Shown piece by piece: positions 52,013 to 61,349 of a DNA stretch of 64,000 bases (position 1 is the stretch's first letter; every line of letters starts with the position of its first letter). This stretch comes from Desulfosoma sp. GTDB taxonomy: Bacteria; Desulfobacterota; Syntrophobacteria; Syntrophobacterales; DSM-9756. Made by a program: the position numbers and the translations under genes. Below the pieces are notes generated by a model. It ran no database searches. It was not told where the DNA came from and saw nothing but the letters and a program-made list of their open reading frames with translations. The stretch lies in the NCBI GenBank assembly GCA_037481835.1, contig JBBFKW010000005.1:96001-160000 (forward strand), given 5' to 3'.

Positions 52013-52612
52013 GTGGCCGAAGAACGGGATGCGGTGGCCTTGCACGGGTTTCGGGCGATGATCGGCGTCGTTCCCATGGGCGACGTGGGAGACGTGGCCG
52101 TGCGCATCGTGGCCGCCCATCTCCAGGCCGTTCTGGGCCTGAGTGCCGACGTCCTGGAGCGACGGCCGCTGAACGACGCCTGCTATGTGCCGGATCGGCG
52201 GCAATACGACGCCGCCAAACTTATCGCTTCCTTGAACGACTGCAGTGCGCCGTGGCCTTATTTGAAAATTGTGGCCGTGGTGTCCGTGGATCTGGGGGTG
52301 CCCATCCTGCGGTTCGTTTTCGGGGAAGCCCAGATGGGAGGGCGCTGCGCCGTGGTTTCCGGCTACCGGCTTCGCCGCAACGAGGACGGCACCGACGCCG
52401 GGTTGGAACTCTATTACGAGAGGTTGGCCAAGGTGGCCTTGCACGAAGCGGCGCACACCTTGTCGCTTTTTCATTGTGAGGATTCCCGGTGCCTCATGCA
52501 TTTCGCCGCATCCCCCAAGCACCTGGACCGCATTCGATTGTTTTTTTGCCCGCGGTGTGCGTTTCTTCTCAAAGAAACGCTGAAAAGCCTCGCCCTTTCG
52601 GCTGGACCATAA
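52013..52612 (+). CDS. Archaemetzincin-like Zn metalloprotease (M54)
   Basis: RRQYDA, FVFGEA, HEAAHTLSLFHC, CLM, FCPRC; start GTG 52013 or ATG 52058. Confidence 0.82.
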   Translation: MAEERDAVALHGFRAMIGVVPMGDVGDVAVRIVAAHLQAVLGLSADVLERRPLNDACYVPDRRQYDAAKLIASLNDCSAPWPYLKIVAVVSVDLGVPILRFVFGEAQMGGRCAVVSGYRLRRNEDGTDAGLELYYERLAKVALHEAAHTLSLFHCEDSRCLMHFAASPKHLDRIRLFFCPRCAFLLKETLKSLALSAGP

Positions 52613-52637
52613 AAGAGGTGCGGCGCGTGAAGGCGCC

Positions 52638-52688
52638 TTGACAACAAAAAGCCCATTGGATATAGGTTGATCTGTGAAAATTGTCTCA
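52638..52688 (+). promoter_or_regulatory. sigma70 promoter of mvhD-metVF with downstream Rex/CRP-like box
   Basis: TTGACA-N17-TATAGG, then TGTGA-AAATTG-TCTCA at 52673-52688. Confidence 0.55.
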
Positions 52689-52737
52689 TTACCTGTGCCG
52701 CCTGTGCCATCGAGGGAACCCCCGCAGCGAGTGTTCG

Positions 52738-53184
52738 ATGAGCGAGTTTGAACCCAGGATAGTGGCTTTTTGTTGCATGTTCTGAGCCTACACCGCAGCG
52801 GACCTGGCAGGTTCGATGAGGCTCAACTATCCGCCCAATGTGCGCATCGTCAATGTGCCGTGTACAGGCCGGGTGGACATGATCCATCTGCTCAAGGCCA
52901 TCGAAACGGGGGCGGACGGGGTGTATGTGGCCGGCTGCATGGAAGGCGAGTGCCATTTCCGCAACGGCAACATCAAGGCCAAGCGGCGGGTCATGGCGGT
53001 CAAGAAGATCCTGCAGGAGGTGGGGCTGGAGCCGGAGCGGGTGGAAATGTTCAACGTGTCGGCTTCCGACGGCCCTCGGTTTGCTGCTATCGCGCGGGAG
53101 ATGACGGAACGGATTCGGGCCCTCGGCCCCAGTCCCTTGCGGGACCCCGAGGCCTGTGCGGTATGGATGGAGGCGGCTCAGTAG
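52738..53184 (+). CDS. mvhD: MvhD-like subunit with likely selenocysteine (in-frame TGA at 52783)
   Basis: MSEFEPRIVAFCCMF-U-AYTAADLAG in frame with ORF 52816-53184; TGA at conserved Cys; hairpin at 52799-52815. Confidence 0.85.
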
Positions 53185-53312
53185 GCCGAATTTTCGGGGC
53201 TCGGTGAGCGAGCGCGCAGTGGGGGGTGCGGACGAACGCGGCCCGCATCACGGGTGACGGACCAGTCCGAGGGTGCACGGCACTCGAGGACGCGCCAAGG
53301 GAGGAAGGATTT

Positions 53313-53984
53313 ATGGTTGTAGCCGAACGGAAACCCATCGAGGAAATCCTTGCGATGGTCGCCGACTTCAAAAAGGTTCTCCTGGTCGGCTGCAAGGGTT
53401 GCGTGACGGTCTGCTGTGCCGGGGGCACCAAGGAAGTGGGCATTTTGGGCTCCGCGCTCCGGATCGCCAGGAAGAAGCAAGGCAACCCCTTGGAGGTTGT
53501 CGAGCACACGCTGGAACGCCAGTGCGACCCCGAGTATGTGGATCAGTTGGCGCCCATGCTCAAGGAAAACGGCTTCGACGCGGTCCTGTCCATGGCCTGC
53601 AGCGTCGGCCCGCAGTTCATCGCCAAAAGGTACACCATTCCGGTCTACCCCATGCTCAACACGACCTTCATCGGCGGGGCCCTGGAACACGGCGTCTGGG
53701 CGGAATTTTGCCAGTCGTGCGGCAACTGCATCATCCACAACTTCGGCGGCCTGTGTCCCATCGCGCGCTGTTCCAAGAGCCTCATGAACGGTCCGTGTGG
53801 AGGCTCGGCCAACAAAAAATGCGAAGTCAGCCCGGAAATCGACTGTATCTGGCATTTGATTTACGACCGAATGGTGGAACTCGGGCAGTTGGATAAGCTT
53901 CGACCCGTCTTCCCCATCAAGGATTGGTCGACGAGCCGTGATGGTGGTCCCCGAAAGATCGTGAGGGAGGATTTGAAGCTATGA
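53313..53984 (+). CDS. metV: Methylene-THF reductase small Fe-S subunit MetV
   Basis: GCKGCVTVC, CQSCGNC, CPIARCSKSLMNGPCGG, CEV...CIW; overlaps metF start. Confidence 0.9.
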   Translation: MVVAERKPIEEILAMVADFKKVLLVGCKGCVTVCCAGGTKEVGILGSALRIARKKQGNPLEVVEHTLERQCDPEYVDQLAPMLKENGFDAVLSMACSVGPQFIAKRYTIPVYPMLNTTFIGGALEHGVWAEFCQSCGNCIIHNFGGLCPIARCSKSLMNGPCGGSANKKCEVSPEIDCIWHLIYDRMVELGQLDKLRPVFPIKDWSTSRDGGPRKIVREDLKL

Positions 53985-54907
53985 AAGCCGGAAGCAACCT
54001 GGAGAAGGTTTTTACCCAAGGGCATTTCGCAGTCACTGGCGAGTTGGGTCCTCCCCGCGGCGCATCCGTTGAGGTCATTGAAAAGAAGGCCGGTTATCTG
54101 CGCGGCGTGGTGGATTCCATCAACGTGACGGACAACCAAACCTCTGTGGTGCGCATGTCCAGCGTTGCCGTGTGCAAGCTTTTGGTGGACATGGGCCTGG
54201 AGCCCAACCTGCAGATGGTCTGCCGGGATCGCAACCGCATCGCCATGCAGAGCGATCTTCTGGGGGCTTATGCCTTGGGCATCCGCAACGTGTTGTGCCT
54301 GTCCGGGGACCATAACCGATTCGGGGATCACCCCCAGTCGAAAAACGTCTTCGATGTGGATTCCATGCAGCTCATCAGCATCGTGAAGAAACTTCGCGAT
54401 GAAGGCAAGATGCTGAGCGGCCAGGAATTGGAAGGGGTCCCCAAGTTTTTCATCGGGGCGGCGGCCAACCCCTTCGGCGACCCCTTTGAATTCCGGGTGA
54501 CGCGCCTGGCCAAGAAGATCGACGCCGGCGTGGACTTCATCCAGACCCAGTGCATCTACAACATGGAAAAATTCCGTAAATACATGCACATCGCCCACGA
54601 AGAGGGCCTCACCGAAAAGTGCTACATCATGGCGGGTATCACCCCGTTGAAATCCGTGGGCATGGCCCGGTACATGGCCAACTTTGTGCCCGGCTTGGAT
54701 GTGCCCGGTTACTACATCGAGCGGCTCAAAGGCGTGGACAAGAAGAAACAGGCGGACGAAGGGATCAAGATCGCCGTGGAACAGATCCAGGAAGTACGGG
54801 AAATTCCCGGTGTGAAGGGGATCCACCTCATGGCCATCGAATGGGAGCACAAGGTGCCCGAAATCCTTCAGGCGGCGGGGCTCCTGCCGAGACCGTCCGT
54901 CAACTGA
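53981..54907 (+). CDS. metF: Methylene-THF reductase MetF
   Basis: GELGPP, NVTDNQ, CRDRNRIAMQSDL, LSGDH, KKIDAGVDFIQTQ. Confidence 0.94.
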   Translation: MKAGSNLEKVFTQGHFAVTGELGPPRGASVEVIEKKAGYLRGVVDSINVTDNQTSVVRMSSVAVCKLLVDMGLEPNLQMVCRDRNRIAMQSDLLGAYALGIRNVLCLSGDHNRFGDHPQSKNVFDVDSMQLISIVKKLRDEGKMLSGQELEGVPKFFIGAAANPFGDPFEFRVTRLAKKIDAGVDFIQTQCIYNMEKFRKYMHIAHEEGLTEKCYIMAGITPLKSVGMARYMANFVPGLDVPGYYIERLKGVDKKKQADEGIKIAVEQIQEVREIPGVKGIHLMAIEWEHKVPEILQAAGLLPRPSVN

Positions 54908-54930
54908 TCCGGCCCGATTCCGGGGGCCTG

Positions 54931-54964
54931 AAAAACGGGTGGGACGCTGGTCCCACCCGTTTTT
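54931..54964 (+). terminator. Intrinsic terminator after metF
   Basis: AAAAACGGGTGGGAC-GCTG-GTCCCACCCGTTTTT. Confidence 0.8.
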
Positions 54965-55079
54965 GTTTGCAGCCTTTCCCGAAGTACCCGGTGTCGGTGG
55001 TTTTCGGTGCGGGCATGAAAACGCCCTGGGGAAGAGGCGCCGCTTGCAGGTCCCATGCCTTGGCTTGGCGGGGGCGCAG

Positions 55080-55109
55080 TTGACAGGACGCCGTCCTGCC
55101 GAATAGGAT
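55080..55109 (+). promoter_or_regulatory. Putative sigma70 promoter of cooC-pur operon containing a palindrome
   Basis: TTGACA-N18-TAGGAT; CAGGACG-C-CGTCCTG at 55084-55098. Confidence 0.5.
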
Positions 55110-55161
55110 ACCTCGCCTTCCCGAGGGAAGGCGACGCCTGCTCACAAAAGGAGGATTCCCC

Positions 55162-55923
55162 ATGGGACTGACGGTGGCTTTCGGCGGAAAAGGCGGCACG
55201 GGGAAAACCACCCTGGCCGGCCTTTTGATTCGATATTTGATCGAAAAAGGCATGAAACCCGTTCTTGCGGTGGACGCCGATTCCAATGCGAACCTGAACG
55301 ACGTCTTGGGCGTGCCCCTGGCAGAAACCCTCTCGGATGCCCGGGAAATGATGAAAAAAGATGTGCCGACGGGCATGACCAAGGACATTTTCATGGAACT
55401 GAAGATGGAACAGGCCATGGTCGAAGGGGACGGCTTCGACCTCATTGCCATGGGCCAACCGGAAGGGCCCGGCTGCTATTGCGCGGCCAACAATCTGCTC
55501 AGCAGCCTTCTCGACCGCTTGATGAAAAACTACAACTACCTGGTCATCGACAACGAGGCCGGCATGGAACACTTCAGCCGCCTCACCCAAAAGGATGTGG
55601 ACGTGCTCGTGTTGGTGTCCGATCCCAGTCGGCGGGGGTTGACGGCCGCCTGCCGGATCGCCGAGCTGGTGGATTCCCTGCCCATGCGCGTGGGCCGAAA
55701 AGTCCTGGTGGTCAACCAGGTCCAGGAGCCGCCCGACCAGTGGCCTTCCGAGGTGGGCAAGATTTTTTCCAACGGAAACATTTACACCATGCCCGCCGAT
55801 CCGCTCTTGGCTCAATTCGATAGAGAAGGAAAGCCCACGAGCCGACTTCCGGAAGATTCCCAGATGGTCCGGGCCGCGTGGGCTTTGTTTGACAAGATCA
55901 TCCAAGAAGCCCAAAAATCTTGA
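55162..55923 (+). CDS. cooC: CooC/AcsF-type nickel-insertion ATPase
   Basis: GKGGTGKTT, VDADSNANL, GPGCYC, DNEAGMEHFSR. Confidence 0.88.
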   Translation: MGLTVAFGGKGGTGKTTLAGLLIRYLIEKGMKPVLAVDADSNANLNDVLGVPLAETLSDAREMMKKDVPTGMTKDIFMELKMEQAMVEGDGFDLIAMGQPEGPGCYCAANNLLSSLLDRLMKNYNYLVIDNEAGMEHFSRLTQKDVDVLVLVSDPSRRGLTAACRIAELVDSLPMRVGRKVLVVNQVQEPPDQWPSEVGKIFSNGNIYTMPADPLLAQFDREGKPTSRLPEDSQMVRAAWALFDKIIQEAQKS

Positions 55924-55958
55924 GGCTTCACGACGGGGCGCCGTAAAGGGGGGGAGCC

Positions 55959-56549
55959 ATGGTCGCCGTGCGACAAGCGTTGCTCAGCGTGACGGACAAA
56001 ACGGGCTTGGTGGAATTGGCACAGGGGCTGGTGCGCCATGGCGTGCGCCTCTTATCCACCGGGGGGACGGCCAAGGTGCTCATGCAAGCCGGGCTGCCCC
56101 TGCGGGAGGTTTCCGACTACACGGGCTTTCCGGAAATGCTGGACGGGCGGGTGAAAACCCTCCAGCCCAAAATCCACGGCGGGATCCTGGCCATGCGGGA
56201 TCGTCCCGAGCACATGGAAACCTTGGCGGCTCACGGCATCGAACCCATCGACATGGTGGTCGTGAACCTCTACGCCTTTGAAAAGACGGTGGCTGATCCG
56301 GGCTGTCGATTCGAAGACGCCATCGAAAACATCGATATCGGCGGCCCGGCGCTCATTCGGGCGGCGGCCAAAAACCATGCCCATGTGGTGGTGGTCACCG
56401 ACCCGCAGGACTATGAGCCGGTGCTCCGGGAAATGGATGACAACGCCGGCAGGGTCTCCGCGGAAACCCGTTTGCGTTTGGCCACCAAAGCTTTCTGCCT
56501 GACCCATCGATACGACGGGGCCGTTTGCCGTTATCTTGAAAGCCGATAG
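55959..56549 (+). CDS. purH: Stand-alone IMP cyclohydrolase domain (PurH N-terminal half only)
   Basis: [41 protein letters not shown]; ends before the transformylase domain. Confidence 0.85.
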   Translation: MVAVRQALLSVTDKTGLVELAQGLVRHGVRLLSTGGTAKVLMQAGLPLREVSDYTGFPEMLDGRVKTLQPKIHGGILAMRDRPEHMETLAAHGIEPIDMVVVNLYAFEKTVADPGCRFEDAIENIDIGGPALIRAAAKNHAHVVVVTDPQDYEPVLREMDDNAGRVSAETRLRLATKAFCLTHRYDGAVCRYLESR

Positions 56550-56647
56550 GGCGTTTTCGAGGCTTTCGAAAGCTCCGAGGGCCGTGGCAAGTGGGGGACT
56601 TCCCCGCTTTTCTATTTGTGCTTTTTAAGCCTGTGGGAAAGGGGCGC

Positions 56648-57943
56648 ATGAAGGTACTCGTGGTGGGAAGCGGCGGCAGGGATCATGCCATTGCGTGGAA
56701 ATTCGCCCAAAGCGACCGGGTCAAAAAGGTTTACGTTGCCCATGGCAACGCGGGCATTTCGCAGACGGCCGAATGCGTGGATGCCCAAACGCCCGAGGCC
56801 ATCGTGGATTTTGCCGAAAAGGAGAGAATCGATTTGACCTTCGTAGGTCCGGAAAAACCCCTTTCGGCGGGGATCGTGGACCTTTTTGAAAGCCGCGGTC
56901 TGGCCATCATTGGACCCGATCGGCGGGCAAGCCGGCTGGAATCCAGCAAATGCGACACCAAAGTCATGCTCCGGAATCTGGGCATCCCCGTGCCGGACTT
57001 CGAAGTGTTTTCGGATCCCGACCGGGCGCGGGCCTATGTCCGATCCGTGGGCTATCCCGTGGTGGTCAAAGCCGACGGGCTTGCGGCGGGCAAAGGCTCC
57101 CTGGTCTGCGACGATGTCTCCGATGCGGAGGCCGCCATCCATGACATTATGGAAGCCAGGATTTTCGGGGATGCCGGATCCCGGGTGGACATCGAAAAGC
57201 GCCTATACGGCAGGGAACTGTCCTTCTTTTGTTTTGCCGACGGCTACAGCCTGGTGCCCATGGTGGCCGCCCAGGACTATAAGCGGGCTTGCGACGGCGA
57301 CCAGGGAAAAAACACCGGGGGCATGGGTTCCTACTCTCCCCATCCCTGGCTGGACGAGCCACTCGTGCGCACGATCATGGGCCGGGTTGCCGAACCGTTG
57401 GTTCGGGGCATTCGGGAAAAATACGGCATTCTTTACCGCGGCGTTTTGTACCTGGGCTTGATGCTCGTGCAGGAAGGCTCGGCGATCACGCCTTATGTGT
57501 TGGAGATCAACATTCGATTGGGCGACCCGGAGGCCCAGGTCATTCTGCCTCGGCTGGACACAGACTTGGTGGATGTGTGCGAAGCCATCCTGGCGGGGCG
57601 GCTCAAGGATGTGCCATTGCGCTGGGATCCTCGATATCGCCTGTGCCTCATTGCCGTGAGCGGCCGGACCAAAGGGAAAAAGGGCTGGTACAAGGGCTAT
57701 CCGGACCGGTACAAGATCGGGGTTCCCATCTACGGCTTGGAAGCCATAGACCCGGGGTGTTTGGTTTTCCACTCGGGAACGGGATGGGGGGATAGCGGGG
57801 GCTTGGTCACCACGGGAGGGCGGGTGTTCGGCATCGTGAGCACGGGGCAAACCCTCGAGGAGGCTCGAAGCATCGCCTACCGGGAAATGGAAAAGGTGAC
57901 ATTCGAAGGCATGTACTACAGGAAAGACATCGGCAGGGATTGA
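56648..57943 (+). CDS. purD: Phosphoribosylamine--glycine ligase
   Basis: VVGSGGRDHA, KADGLAAGKG, QDYKR..DGD.G.NTGGMG, RLGDPE, YRKDIG. Confidence 0.96.
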   Translation: MKVLVVGSGGRDHAIAWKFAQSDRVKKVYVAHGNAGISQTAECVDAQTPEAIVDFAEKERIDLTFVGPEKPLSAGIVDLFESRGLAIIGPDRRASRLESSKCDTKVMLRNLGIPVPDFEVFSDPDRARAYVRSVGYPVVVKADGLAAGKGSLVCDDVSDAEAAIHDIMEARIFGDAGSRVDIEKRLYGRELSFFCFADGYSLVPMVAAQDYKRACDGDQGKNTGGMGSYSPHPWLDEPLVRTIMGRVAEPLVRGIREKYGILYRGVLYLGLMLVQEGSAITPYVLEINIRLGDPEAQVILPRLDTDLVDVCEAILAGRLKDVPLRWDPRYRLCLIAVSGRTKGKKGWYKGYPDRYKIGVPIYGLEAIDPGCLVFHSGTGWGDSGGLVTTGGRVFGIVSTGQTLEEARSIAYREMEKVTFEGMYYRKDIGRD

Positions 57944-57997
57944 GAAAGCGCCGGTCGAACGGTGCACGACGTCCTGTGGGCGGGAAAGGGAGCGATC

Positions 57998-58522
57998 ATG
58001 GTGGAAAAACACCCCCTTGTGGGCGTTCTCATGGGGAGCGATTCCGATCTTCCGGTGATGGAAGGGGCTTTCGAGGTGCTTCGAAAATTTGAAATTCCCT
58101 TCGAGACGGCCGTGCTTTCGGCCCATCGCACACCGGATCATGCGGCTCGATACGCCGAGACGGCGGCCGGGCGGGGCTTGAAAGTCCTCATTGCGGCGGC
58201 GGGGTGGGCCGCCCACCTGGCAGGCTTTCTGGCTTCCAAGACAACCCTGCCCGTGATCGGGGTTCCTATTGATTCGTCACCGCTCAAGGGCATGGATGCC
58301 CTCTTGTCAACAGTGCAAATGCCCCCGGGGATTCCCGTGGCCACCATGGCCATCGGCAAAGGCGGCGCCCGAAATGCGGCCCTCTTTGCGGTCCAAATCC
58401 TGGCCCTGTCCAATGAGGCCTTATCGGAAGGGCTCCGACGGTACAAGGCCGATATGGCCTCGGACGTTCTCGCCAAGAATGAGAAGATCGAGGCGTCCGT
58501 GAGGGTCCGGGACCTGGCATGA
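57998..58522 (+). CDS. purE: N5-CAIR mutase / AIR carboxylase PurE
   Basis: [33 protein letters not shown]. Confidence 0.96.
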   Translation: MVEKHPLVGVLMGSDSDLPVMEGAFEVLRKFEIPFETAVLSAHRTPDHAARYAETAAGRGLKVLIAAAGWAAHLAGFLASKTTLPVIGVPIDSSPLKGMDALLSTVQMPPGIPVATMAIGKGGARNAALFAVQILALSNEALSEGLRRYKADMASDVLAKNEKIEASVRVRDLA

Positions 58523-59187
58523 AACCGCTTCGGCGATGGATCCCGCCGCTCGTTCCTGTCCCTCGGGATTTGGAAGAGCTGCTGCACCGAGGGGGCGTGA
58601 TCATTTACCCCACGGAAACCGTTTACGGGTTGGGGGGGAACCCCGAGATCCCCGGCGTCGTGGACAGGATCTACGAAATCAAAGGGCGTCCTTCGGGAAA
58701 GCCGCTTCCCCTGATTGCGGCCGATGTGGATGCCGTTCGAAAATGGACCGTGTGGCGAACCGATCCGCTGGATCGCCTTGCGGAAGCCTTCTGGCCGGGG
58801 CCGTTGACCCTCGTTTTGGAAGCTTCGCCCCGGGTGCCGAAAGCTGTGGCGTCGTCCGAGGGGACCGTGGCCGTCCGGGTGAGCTCCCATCCCGTGGCGG
58901 GGATGCTCGCCCGAGCGTGCGGCGGCTGGATTGTGGCCACCAGCGCCAATCTTTCCGGACAATCGCCGGTTTCCGACCCGGCGGCGATCCCCTCGGCTTT
59001 GCTGCACGCCGTCGACGGGCTTGTGGACGGCGGGCCCCTTGCTCCCTCTTCCCCGTCGACCCTGGTGGCCGTCCGGTTCCATCACGGGCGCGTTTCATGG
59101 GCTGTTCTTCGTGAAGGAGCGGTTTGTCGGGAAACCTTGTCCCTGTTTTTCGACCGCGGAAAGAACGCGGCAGCGGAGGAACTTTGA
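58519..59187 (+). CDS. tsaC: Threonylcarbamoyl-AMP synthase (YrdC/TsaC)
   Basis: [29 protein letters not shown]. Confidence 0.92.
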   Translation: MKPLRRWIPPLVPVPRDLEELLHRGGVIIYPTETVYGLGGNPEIPGVVDRIYEIKGRPSGKPLPLIAADVDAVRKWTVWRTDPLDRLAEAFWPGPLTLVLEASPRVPKAVASSEGTVAVRVSSHPVAGMLARACGGWIVATSANLSGQSPVSDPAAIPSALLHAVDGLVDGGPLAPSSPSTLVAVRFHHGRVSWAVLREGAVCRETLSLFFDRGKNAAAEEL

Positions 59188-61349
59188 TTTACTGGCTGGT
59201 TACGGCGGGGTTTTTCTTGACGGCTTTGGCCGCCGGCGGGCTGTGGAGTGCCCGAGCCTGGCGAAGGGATCTCAAGGGAGCGAGGCGTGTCGTCCTCACC
59301 GGCGGAGGCACGGGCGGCCACGTGAATCCCGCCTTGGCCATTGCCGAGGCCATTAAAAATCGGGAACCGGACACCCGGTTTCTCTACGTCGGGGTTGCCG
59401 GCAAGGCCGAAGCCGTCATCGTAAAGCGCGCGGGCCTGCCTTTGCGGTTCGTGTCGTCCCGGGGTCTTCCCGGATATCGACCGTCCCCGGCCTTGCTGCG
59501 TTTTTTGATCGCCTGGGCATGGGGGATCGTGCAGTCCGTGGCGATTTTGGTTCGGTTCAGGCCTCATTGGATCATCGCCACGGGAGGCTACGTGAGCGCT
59601 CCCATCGTGACGGCGGGCGTTGTGCTCAGAGCGCTCGGCATCGCCCCGGTGAAAATCTTCGTGCATGAACAGAACAGTGTCCCAGGCCAAATGAATCTCC
59701 TGCTGGGGCGCTACGCCCACCGGGTGCTCCTGACCTTTCCCCAAACCTTGGCCTACTTTCCCAAAAATGGGGTCGTCGTGGGCTATCCGGTGCGGGGTTC
59801 CATCCTGGAAATCCCTGCAGAGGAAGCCCGCCGGAGGCTGCCTTTTTCAATCCCGGAAGGCCGCAAAGTCGTCTTCGTCTTCGGCGGCTCCCAAGGGGCG
59901 AGAACCATCAACCGCGCCGTGGTGGAGGCGCTTTCCGTGTTGGCAAATTACCGGGACCGCCTTTTCCTCATTCACGGCATGGGCTTGGCGGCTTCGGAAG
60001 ACTACCACGCCGTGCAGGATACCGAAGCCTTGTTGAGGGCCCGCTACGGGGACGAGGTTCTGGCGTCTTTCCAGGATTTTTATTACCGGCAGGACTACTT
60101 TCACAACATTGCCGAAATCTACGCCGTGAGCGATCTTGTGGTGTGTCGAAGCGGCGCCGGCAGCCTCAACGAGCTGGCCCGGCTAGGAAAACCTTCTCTC
60201 TTGATCCCCAAGGCCAATCTCCCCGGCGACCATCAGGTCATGAACGCCAGGGCCATGAAGCAGGCCCGGGCCGCCGAGGTCCTTTTCGAAGACACGGTGG
60301 TGGAAGAAGGCAAGCTTCGCGACCGCATCGACGGGCTGCAGCTTGCGGAAAAGATTGTGGAGCTCCTCGCCGATGACGACAAGCGGGCCGAAATGTCACA
60401 GAAATGCCGCCAATTTTTCAGAAAACAAGCGACGGCGAGGATCTTGAGCGAGCTCTACGGAGACCGCAGTTTCGACAACGGCTGGACGGCCCACACCTTG
60501 GAATCCCTCCCGCCCCTCCTCACCAACACCCAGCTCTTGCGTCGCCTTCAAAAGGCGTATGAGGCCGATCCGAACCATTACGATCCGGAGCGGATAGCCG
60601 ACATCGCGGAAGATTTGGCCTATTACCGCTACCGAGCCGCCGCCCTTTTGGTCCATCCTGCGTGGTCCATGCGAAACCTCGGCGTGAAACTCATCGGCCT
60701 CACCCGGTACCACGAAAAGGCGTCCACTTTGATTCACATGCTTTTGGATCGCACGCCCGCCTCACGCCTGGAACGCCTTTTCGGCGGCGACTACCACCAG
60801 GTGGGCTTTATTCGCCGCAACGCCGTTTCGGCCCTGATGGTGATGAACCGCATGGAGTCTTCCGTGGAAGAAGCACTCATGGCGGCCATGGAAGATCCCT
60901 ACTACGAGGTCAGGGCCCAGGCATGCCGAGCGGTATCGCATTTCGGCCGGCATTTGGCCGGAAAGGAACGATGGCTGAAAATCCTCCTCAAGAAACTGGA
61001 GGACCACTGTTTTGAAGTCACCGTGGAAGCGGCTCGGGCGCTGGGAGAAATCGGCACGGACGGGCGCGCCTTGGAGGCGCTCTTGAACCTCGGCGAGGCG
61101 TTCCACTGGCAGGTACGCAATGCGGCCTTGCTGGGGGTGCGAAGACTCATGGAAAGGCAGGTCATATGGCCGAGCGAAGAGCTCTTAAGGCGGCTCAGCC
61201 GCTTTATCCTGAACGCCCCCGATTTCCGACCTCATTTCGTCATTCGCGAAAACTACAACGCCGTGATGCGACTGTGCCGGCATCCCGGGGGGGTGAGCCA
61301 GGAGGCCGAAAACGTCGAGGCCGGAGCCGTTGCGGGAAAACGCTCATGA
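59184..61349 (+). CDS. murG: MurG-like glycosyltransferase with N-terminal TM helix and C-terminal HEAT repeats
   Basis: GGGTGGHVNP, TGGYVS, HEQN, GGSQGA, CRSGA, HQVMNA; HEAT-like EDPYYEVRAQAC, EAARALGEIG; TTG start inferred. Confidence 0.82.
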   Translation: MIYWLVTAGFFLTALAAGGLWSARAWRRDLKGARRVVLTGGGTGGHVNPALAIAEAIKNREPDTRFLYVGVAGKAEAVIVKRAGLPLRFVSSRGLPGYRPSPALLRFLIAWAWGIVQSVAILVRFRPHWIIATGGYVSAPIVTAGVVLRALGIAPVKIFVHEQNSVPGQMNLLLGRYAHRVLLTFPQTLAYFPKNGVVVGYPVRGSILEIPAEEARRRLPFSIPEGRKVVFVFGGSQGARTINRAVVEALSVLANYRDRLFLIHGMGLAASEDYHAVQDTEALLRARYGDEVLASFQDFYYRQDYFHNIAEIYAVSDLVVCRSGAGSLNELARLGKPSLLIPKANLPGDHQVMNARAMKQARAAEVLFEDTVVEEGKLRDRIDGLQLAEKIVELLADDDKRAEMSQKCRQFFRKQATARILSELYGDRSFDNGWTAHTLESLPPLLTNTQLLRRLQKAYEADPNHYDPERIADIAEDLAYYRYRAAALLVHPAWSMRNLGVKLIGLTRYHEKASTLIHMLLDRTPASRLERLFGGDYHQVGFIRRNAVSALMVMNRMESSVEEALMAAMEDPYYEVRAQACRAVSHFGRHLAGKERWLKILLKKLEDHCFEVTVEAARALGEIGTDGRALEALLNLGEAFHWQVRNAALLGVRRLMERQVIWPSEELLRRLSRFILNAPDFRPHFVIRENYNAVMRLCRHPGGVSQEAENVEAGAVAGKRS

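Noticed and set aside
52783..52785. mvhD as a nonsense pseudogene
   Set aside because: TGA falls exactly on a conserved Cys and is followed by a hairpin; selenocysteine is the better explanation
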